A stretch of DNA of 58,070 nucleotides, the filler included, from Sphacelaria rigidula (Eukaryota), in NCBI GenBank assembly GCA_964200075.2. It is 5 parts of 5 records of this genome, joined end to end, with 100 filler letters (N's around TTAATTAATTAA, not from the genome) between each part and the next. Parts side by side here need not be neighbours in the genome. Positions count along the whole stretch, not along the records: positions 46,538 to 58,070 come from CAXNAA020004824.1; 4 more parts are not named here. The stretch is one strand, 5' to 3'. A model generated the notes under the pieces. The model had not been told where the DNA came from. It saw nothing but the letters and a program-made list of their open reading frames with translations, and did no database searches. Shown here one piece after another: positions 50,333 through 58,070 of the stretch. Positions within the stretch are counted from its first letter, which is position 1. The number at the start of each line of letters is the position of its first letter. The position numbers and the translations under genes were made by a program.

Positions 50333-50729
50333 GAGTCATGCTACGATAGGGCGTACTCATTTGTTGCTTGCCTTAGTCGTGTGGCCTGCTACGATAGGGG
50401 GGGATGTGCTTTGGGTCGCTTTCATCCCCGAAATTTTACTTCTAATCGTCGTTAATAGCAGCAACGGTAGTTCGAACGCGCTTGCTTCCGATTTATGACG
50501 CTCATTCATACTGTTTTCAATAGCTTTTACCGAAATACAAGCGCACTGCGAGTGCGTTGGGTCGTCTGACGCAGGTATAAGCCCGCTTTTTCGTGGAATC
50601 GACCTCCCCCCCCGCCCCCCCCCCCCCCCTATCGTCGCATTGCTCCGTCTCGGAAGGGATGCGTGGTCAATGGTCAAACGACTAAGGCAAGCAACACATG
50701 AGAACGCCTCCCCTATCGTAGCACGACTC
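50333..50729 (+). mobile_element. Sola-like non-autonomous element, composite copy
   Basis: TIR GAGTCATGCTACGATAGGG and CCCTATCGTAGCACGACTC; TGAA duplicated at 50329-50332 and 50730-50733; an internal second TGCTACGATAGGG/CCCTATCGTCGCA pair is present. Confidence 0.85.
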
Positions 50730-50872
50730 TGAAGTCACCGTATATTGGAGTTATGACTTCTTGAGGAACTTATTACGTGTCTCCCCTGCTTGACATATAT
50801 TTTGTTGTTGTCAGTTACCTAAAGGATGCCTGGATATTGTTTGACAAACACCTAGTCATACCGTTCCGCAAT

Positions 50873-51251
50873 GTGTGTGTGTGTTGTCGTCGCTTCTACT
50901 CTGGTCGCCAGTCTACCCCTTTCGGTGTATGTGGGTTGATCATCCGGGGTCACACAGGAGGAAGCCCAGCAAACAAACATGATTTTTTTACCTTTTTTAT
51001 TTCTTTTATTTTCGGTCTCAGCCTCCTTCTACGGCGCTTACCTCATGTTTTGCTGAGGGAAGGGCTCGGCCATCCCCTTCCCTCGTCGATAGTGCGGTCC
51101 GATTTTGTTCACTCACGGCATATTGCAGTCGCACTTCCGTTCTTGGGCGTCATGTGAAGAAATAATCCCGTATCGTGTGACTTCACCGAGATTCGAACCG
51201 TCGTCCCAACCATCTGAAGTTTTTGAAGTTGCCAAACTGAGCCACGGGGGG
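50873..51251 (-). mobile_element. tRNA-derived SINE family 2
   Basis: On the minus strand: TGGCTCAGTTTGG (A box), GGTTCGAATCTC (B box) and a (CA)n tail; homologous to 55553-55930. Confidence 0.8.
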
Positions 51252-51585
51252 GCAACAGCACTGCAGCTCGAATATTGTTCACACCATGTGGATAATGGCC
51301 ATGGATTACAGACAAAAAGTGTACTACGTTACAGACAAGAAGTGTACTACGTACAGTATTGACTGTTGTGTCTGTTACAAAAGAAAAATAGATTATTTAC
51401 TATACGCAGTACATTTTTTGACAATGTTATCTACTGTCATTATCCACACACCCCGCATCCCGGTGGTGTAGTGTTCTGGCGATCACCAAAAGGGTGGAGA
51501 TGATAAGAGTTTCGGAAAGCGTTTTTTCGTCATTTCAGAATGCGAAGATCTCAAGCCATCAGAAAGCAGCAATAGATGAAACGTA

Positions 51586-52101
51586 CCGCCTGCGAAACCC
51601 TGCTAGGATGCAGTACTGCACAGTGTGTGCTCGGCGTCAATTGTACGGTTTTTCGAAATAATCTCTCCTCCTAGGTCCCAAAGCGGGTCTGCACTGCCTA
51701 GCGAAAGTGCTCGCACACTCCCTTCGGATATGGTATGTGACAGCTGTGGGGGTACTTGAAGGACATCGCTCGAAATGAAACATGTAGGATTATACTCAGG
51801 GGTACTGTAGTACATCTTTCCCTGTTCAGAATCGAAATTTCCTTGCTTGAACGGTTCATACCCGTTACAATAAACGACTGCTTCCCAACAAAACCATCCG
51901 TCACTTCAGAACTTTCCCTTCGCGCTAACCCTAACCTCCTCAGCTGTCACATATCATATCCGAAAGGAGTGTGTCAGCACTTTCGCCTGGCAGCTCAGAC
52001 ACCCTTCGAGATCTAGGAGGAGAGATTATTTTCGAAAAACCGTACAATTGACCCTGAGCACACACTGTACAGAACTGCATTCTAGAGGGTTTCGCAGGCG
52101 G
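51586..52101. mobile_element. Tc1/mariner-type (TA TSD) MITE with ~165-bp TIRs
   Basis: TA|CCGCCTGCGAAACCCT...AGGGTTTCGCAGGCGG|TA; arms pair to ~51750 and ~51935. Confidence 0.88.
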
Positions 52102-53053
52102 TAGGCTCGCCAACCCAGTGGCGGGATAGATGGAGCCGTGCCTCTCCCGCACACCTCCTCCTACGAAATGCTTAGCACTACTGCACGTAGGTGATGAAGC
52201 ACATCTTCTGCATATATATGCATGTACATGGTTGTTGTGCAAAGGTACGAAGATGATGTCGGGTGGGGGGTGGCTGTATGTGTTGGATTCTTTGCTACCT
52301 CATCTGCCAATGTGCTGCGGGCTGTGAAAAAAAAAAAACGGGTCGCAACCAGGCTGCCCGATGCAGCGATTCAGCCCACCCCGACACCAGTTCCTAACTC
52401 TGCCAGGAAGAAAGTGACCATACAAGGCGTGATAGCCGCTTCAGACGGGATGAAGCACCTCTCATGGGCGCTACTGGCGAAACAACCCCAAGCGTAGGAG
52501 TTGCCACAGTCTCTCGTTCTGTGTGTGCGTCCAGTTTTGTTTTTGCTTGTTTCACCGAACTGACTGTATCTGTATATCCCCCCGGGGCTGCCAGGAGCTT
52601 AGTTGACGTTAGAGAGGTGCGGTAGCTCACGCTCTTGTCTGCACAGCAGGCGACTACCTCGCTGCAACATTTTGACTGCTCTTCACCTCGAAAATATGCA
52701 TGTACGCTAACGGACAGGCCTGTACTTGCGTCGGCGGCAGTTGCGCGACGGGGACATCGCCCTGTTACGTGTGTCCTTTAGCGCTTAGAGGCACGCCCTG
52801 TTCGAAAGATGCAGCACAATGACGGTGGCTTTCTGTTGGACTGCTCATGATGCTCGGGCTGCCGTACAAGAACTTCTGGATTAGGGTTACATGGTCGAAA
52901 CCGCTTGCGAATCCCGAGCCTATTTATTGTACGAAGCAAATGAAATTTCGATGGCGACTTCAACCTCACCCAAATGCTGAACCTCGAAAACGGATCCAGG
53001 CTGTCATATACGGAAAGGTGTAGACTGGCGTCCAGAATAAATCGGATAGTAAC

Positions 53054-53094
<41 letters not shown>

Positions 53095-53375
53095 TCACCC
53101 AGTCTGGCGAAAAAAAAATACTGGTGATGAAATCGCCGACCGTTGAACGGTCCGATTGACGCGTCAATCCTTACCCTCAACTGACCCTTGTTACAGCCGC
53201 ACGGTCTGATTTTCCGCCTCCCTCCCTTTCTTTGTGTGCCCTGTGCTGTGTACTCTTCTCGTGTCGAATGAACCCTTGCGGGGCAAATAACTCACACATG
53301 TGTGATTCGGTGTGATGTGATATGGTGCACCTGCACGGATTCCTTCTTTCCTTGGCGCGCGGCCATGGGGTGCAG

Positions 53376-53471
53376 TTGGACCAATTGGCAGCACTTTACC
53401 AGCCGACGTCAATGCTCACGATAGAGAATAATCAGGTGCAGGGTGCAGCGAATATCGTTGCCAAGTACAAG
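53376..53471 (+). CDS. NTF2: Nuclear transport factor 2 family protein, coding exon 2
   Basis: TGCAG|TTG...AAG|GTGAGC; LDQLAALYQPTSMLTIENNQVQGAANIVAKYK. Confidence 0.92.
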
Positions 53472-53826
53472 GTGAGCGAGCTCGTGGCGGGGTACTTACT
53501 TCCTGTACTTTCGTTTGGTTTTTGGAGCATGTTTTGGTGTTGGGCCTTGGCGGTGGTGGTCTTGTTAGCACACCGTCTCGTGGGATCACTGTACTAATAT
53601 AATAGTATCATTTGGGTTATGTTCCATGAACCTTCGCAAGGTAATGAGACGAAAGGGTCAGTCTACTTGTATTTATTCGACTGTTTTTTTCGTGGTCTTT
53701 TTTTTTTCCCTATGAGCTGTTCGGAATAATATTATTTGGGGGGCTTGTACAGTAGAGGTCAATGTACGGGATCAAGCTAACTCATCTACTGTTTTTTTTT
53801 CTTCTCAGGAATCCTTCTCTGCGCTA

Positions 53827-53867
<41 letters not shown>

Positions 53868-54692
53868 CCAATCATCCGTTGCTGCTCCGGCATAAATTAC
53901 GCTTCAAGAATGCATGTAGAGGCCGAGATAACCTCACCTCACCCTATAATAGCGGTTCTACCGTTCAAATCGAAGTTTTTTTTTTTTTGTGTTTGATCGG
54001 ATGCGACTGTTTTTTCTGTCGTTCACACCTTGAGGGTGTTCCGTCTCGATTTTTGACTGCGGCTGGATTCGGAGATTCTTTTTATCTTCTCACAGCGGAT
54101 TTTTTGGGAAGGTTCTCGACTTCTTCGGAGACTATTGGTAGTGGATATATATGTCTCCCCTTTTGTCCAAAACCAAAAAATAATCCAAACCAAAATCCTT
54201 TTGTCTCCCCTTGTCCAAAAACAAGAAATAAAACCGAAATCCAAACATTCATTCTTCATACGTAAATTATACTACTGTGCCCAGTTTTTTATTTCACCAC
54301 GAAGATTTTTGAATCCTAGGACTGCGAAATTATTTTGTGAGGATTTCTCGACTTTCGAAGATTTTTGGATCTTCGACGTCCCAAGATTTTGACTTCTTGG
54401 ACTCCGAAGACTTTTTTGTGGGGATTTTGTCGACTTCTTGGTGCAAGTATCGAAGTCAAAAGTCGCGAACGTTAGTTAAAATATTTGAAACATGAATGGG
54501 GCTCACAGGGACTACTTTTTTTGCCAGAGGGGTGGTGTGCAACAGGCGAGAAGAAATCGAGCAATGTATAGATGAATACACGATCATCTCACGCCCGTCT
54601 AATTTTTTTTTCATATTGATGTATGTTGTTCTGTACAGCATTCTGCCCTCAATTTTTTGCCCGCGACAGAAACCGGAAGAAGTCAGGAGAAG

Positions 54693-54694
<2 letters not shown>

Positions 54695-54763
<69 letters not shown>
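54695..54763 (+). repeat. (GT)n microsatellite
   Basis: Direct read; others at ~53056-53093 and ~53829-53865. Confidence 0.95.
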
Positions 54764-54765
<2 letters not shown>

Positions 54766-55057
54766 CACCTCGTGGCACACCCATCGAATCGGTTGTGTGC
54801 CGAGACGAGACAATCTGATCCGACGACCGGGATTGATGAAATCTTGTATTTTCATTTGCGTCGGAAGTCTTCCAGTAGTTTGATCGCCCTCAATCCTTCC
54901 AAACCCTGCTGTCCTGTCCTGTCCTGTCCTGTCCCCTCTTTCTTTCTCCTGTTCCCCCTGCAATTGTCTTCTGTGCTTGCGACCACATGCTTTGCCGCCT
55001 TTTTTCATTTTTTGGTTCCTGCCGTGCCGTGCGGTGCGGTGCATCGGTACACTCCAG

Positions 55058-55165
55058 AGTCTGGGTGGAAGTGGCGGAAACCTGCAGTTCAATCCGACGA
55101 CACTGGACGTCCAAATGTCAACCAATAGCAGTGCGCTCATCGCTGTCATTACGGGAACCATGAAG
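55058..55165 (+). CDS. NTF2: Nuclear transport factor 2 family protein, coding exon 3 (final exon(s) not found in window)
   Basis: CTCCAG|AGT...AAG|GTGTGT; SLGGSGGNLQFNPTTLDVQMSTNSSALIAVITGTMK (T.D.Q and V.G strands). Confidence 0.9.
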
Positions 55166-55552
55166 GTGTGTGCAGGCAGCAATATACACATACGGTCTAT
55201 ATACCAGGTACACGTGAGCGCCCCACCACTTATTAATTAGTTTTATTACTCTTACTTATTGATTTTATTGATTTTTATTGATTGTCGCACTTCAACTGCC
55301 CCCCCAGGCATCCAGCCGTGATTGGTCATTATGCACATGACCCGAGACTGGAACAAAATCGAAACACAGTCGCCTAAGGGAAGAAAAAGACTCGGAAGAA
55401 GGTAGAACGAAGATTGTAGACAAGGAAAAGAGAGAGAAGGAAAAAAACGGAAACGTAAGAAGCTCTTGTTTCAGCGTGAGGGTCAGACTCCTATTTTCTG
55501 TGTCGGGTGCCGCTGCCAACAGCCGAGACATGGGTTTCAGTCAAGACCAGTC

Positions 55553-55930
55553 GGCCCGGTGGCTTAGTTGGTAACCTCGAAACCTTCCGACGGTTGGGTC
55601 ATGGATTCAAATCTCGGAACGATCTGGAATTGTTTCTCACACAATGCCCAACAGTGGAGCGACTATGTCGTGGGTACACAAAATACGACTTCACGGTCGA
55701 CGAGGGAAAGGGACCGCTGAACCCCTCTCGCGATAGAAAAGAAAGACAAGCACCGCAGAAGGAAGGTGAAGAATTAAAACAAGTGAAGAAGAAAAAATTA
55801 CTGTGTTGGCGCTCCTCCTGTGTGATCGCGGCTGGCGCGCTCACATCTACCGAATGGTCGGTGTAGACCGGCATCCAGAATAAATGGAATGGCAACACAC
55901 ACAAAACCACGCACACACAAACACACACCG
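55553..55930 (+). mobile_element. tRNA-derived SINE family 2
   Basis: GGCCCGGTGGCTTAGTTGG (A box), GATTCAAATCTC (degenerate B box) and a CA-rich tail; 3' fragments at ~33128-33285 and ~53005-53093. Confidence 0.8.
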
Positions 55931-57926
55931 TGTGGGGGTTCTTAGTCAGGCACCGATCACAAAATGTACTCAAGTTGTTATATTTTTGAGGCACTGGGCC
56001 CACAGATGGGGGCAAGATTTATGAGTTGCAAATGTTTCAGACCAATCCGAGTCTTCAAGTACACCAAAATGCGGCGACCTTTTTTCGATCAGTTGAGAGA
56101 TATGAGCAGTAGATAAGTAAAAAAGCAGCTGTGATTGGTCCACACATTGCGCCGCTACGACACAGACAGCTGCTACGGGCAATAAACGAGGATACAGCAG
56201 CTTCGTGCTGGCTCAGTTTGTTTGTCCCAACCTGCACGCACCCGTCTGGCGTGTCTTCCCCGATCACAGCACCCGACTATAATTGAAGTACCAGAAAAGA
56301 CTCAACAGACAGCTGTACAGCTGTCATGTGACGATTGGTTCAACCTTTCTTTCGACAGGACCTTGATCCCACCCCAATTCTGTCCAGCCCGAAACACGGC
56401 ATGCAGCAGTACACACTCTCCAGTGCATATCGCACCGTGATCGTCGTAGAGTGTTTGGATACCCAACAGCACAGCGAGAACTACAGCATAGAAATGATGG
56501 GTTTGGGGAGCGCCTTATTCCTCTGACTCGAGATGAAACAGTCGAACACACCATGAACATTTCAATGGTGTGTAGAGAGCACTGCGTGCCGACAACATTA
56601 TTTTTCATAGAGACGAACGGAATTACAGTATAAAGCATCTCAGGCACTCCGAGAGGAGATCAAACCGTCTCCACAAAGGCCTCAAGACGCCACAGCGCAG
56701 TAATACCTACAACACACGAGACAGCATGAGTGTGTTTGTGCTGCAGCACAGTGGTACAGGACATGTCCCATTCGATAGTTCTTTCCCTGATTCCAGGTGG
56801 GTCCTCGATTTTTGCCCAGTGACGATTTTCAAACGCTCGGCCATAATCGCGCTTCGCGCGATTTTTTTTCTTCACTTCGAGTTACCCCTATCTGTGGGAG
56901 GTGAGCCATTTTTGAGGGCTTCTTTGAGGCTCGAACTCTGAGCTGCCGAGTTCTCAAGTGGTGGCTCTACCTTGACGTGTATTCGTATCAAATCGTAAGA
57001 TAAAATAATGAGGACGCGTGTCGTGGATGGAAAGCACCCCGCAAAAGGTTGACGCCTCGCGCGTCCTTGAAATATTTCCCAAGTTGGAATAACTTCCAAG
57101 GATCGTTCGATACGTATCGGTCGTCCATTTCACGTCAATTCATTTTTCAGTCTTCACCCAGTGTCCCTTTTGTGAGCGACCTGTTGCGGAGAGAGGGGTA
57201 CGCTTTTGTGCGCAGAAGGATTGATTCACGTCAAGACAGAACCTTCACTCTTAATATCGTGGTGAAACATGAAACAATAGTTTGGCACTTTTCGGTTTGC
57301 GGCGCCACGCTGTACGTCGGCCAGGCACTTCTATTGACACGTTCTAGCGCCTCAGCCCCACGTTCAAGGTGCCTTGGGTAGCATATCCATTTTTTTTTTT
57401 TCACACGACGACAGGGTAAACCAGGGCCCGGAAAAGATGGGCTTGTTTGGGCACCCTATTTTGTCAACAAAGGCGCGCGGACATACCCCACTCTTGGCAG
57501 AAAAGTAAGATGGTTCCCTCATTTTGTTCACGTACATGCTCCTTTTTTCTTCATGGGGATACTTCTACGAGGGCGACACTCCACAATCCCACAGCCCGAA
57601 ACATATCCCCATTTTGTCAGTCTACACCTTGCCGAAGAGGCCGAAGAGGCCGAACAGCTCAACGAGCAAGGACCTTGCTGGTTGCTCGGCAGGCTTAGAG
57701 GATTCGTCGATGTGTGCAGGGCGTGAACGGTGATGCTGCGGGCAGATTGAAATATCCAAAGATGTGTGAAAAAAAAAGGCCCGTCACACACCTGCACGAT
57801 GGTATAATGATGCACCCCACGCCACAGCACACTGGAATGATGTCGGTGCCCCTTCCGAGCGATGTTTGGCAGCACCGCGGCGCCTCCGCTCGCCTTTTGT
57901 CAACCGCAAATGGTTCACCCCGGTCA

Positions 57927-57935
57927 ATTATTACT

Positions 57936-57976
<41 letters not shown>
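57927..57976 (+). repeat. (TTG)n microsatellite
   Basis: Direct read. Confidence 0.95.
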
Positions 57977-57995
<19 letters not shown>

Positions 57996-58070
57996 ATTTC
58001 CGCACATTAGTCCGATCTCTCGAACCCGTGGTCACAGACGTAGGCTAGTATTTCCAATACCGTCCCTTCT

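Noticed and set aside
54496-55128. Cys-Val repeat ORFs here and at 10775, 52778, 53831, and poly-Cys/Val at 57714-58048
   Set aside because: Translations of microsatellites.

Overview
Eukaryotic, intron-rich, transposon-rich DNA; the gene content and intron style suggest a stramenopile, most likely a brown alga (inference). The window is not one locus. It is five unrelated, length-sorted scaffolds (1-11535, 11636-23169, 23270-34803, 34904-46437, 46538-58070; 11535/11534/11534/11534/11533 bp) joined by identical 100-bp N44-TTAATTAATTAA-N44 spacers. Three spliced host genes are supported, all partial: a minus-strand (p25alpha-like)/IQ/WW/B-box protein (7 phase-compatible exons), the 3' end of a TKL-type protein kinase with a long low-complexity tail, and an NTF2-family gene (3 exons). 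The rest is mostly mobile DNA: Harbinger-like, Sola-like, Tc1/mariner-like and hAT-like non-autonomous elements, two tRNA-derived SINE families, a LINE reverse transcriptase fragment and a chromoviral integrase end. The most unusual signals are (i) a head-to-head pair of decayed paralogous genes with TET/JBP-like 2OG-Fe(II) dioxygenase motifs inside a ~8-kb block of apparently intronless decayed ORFs, (ii) fossil exons of a whole WW/B-box repeat unit inside an intron of an otherwise in-frame gene, and (iii) a kinase tail that stays in frame past a GAA-to-TAA stop. All family assignments were made by eye; no database searches were run.
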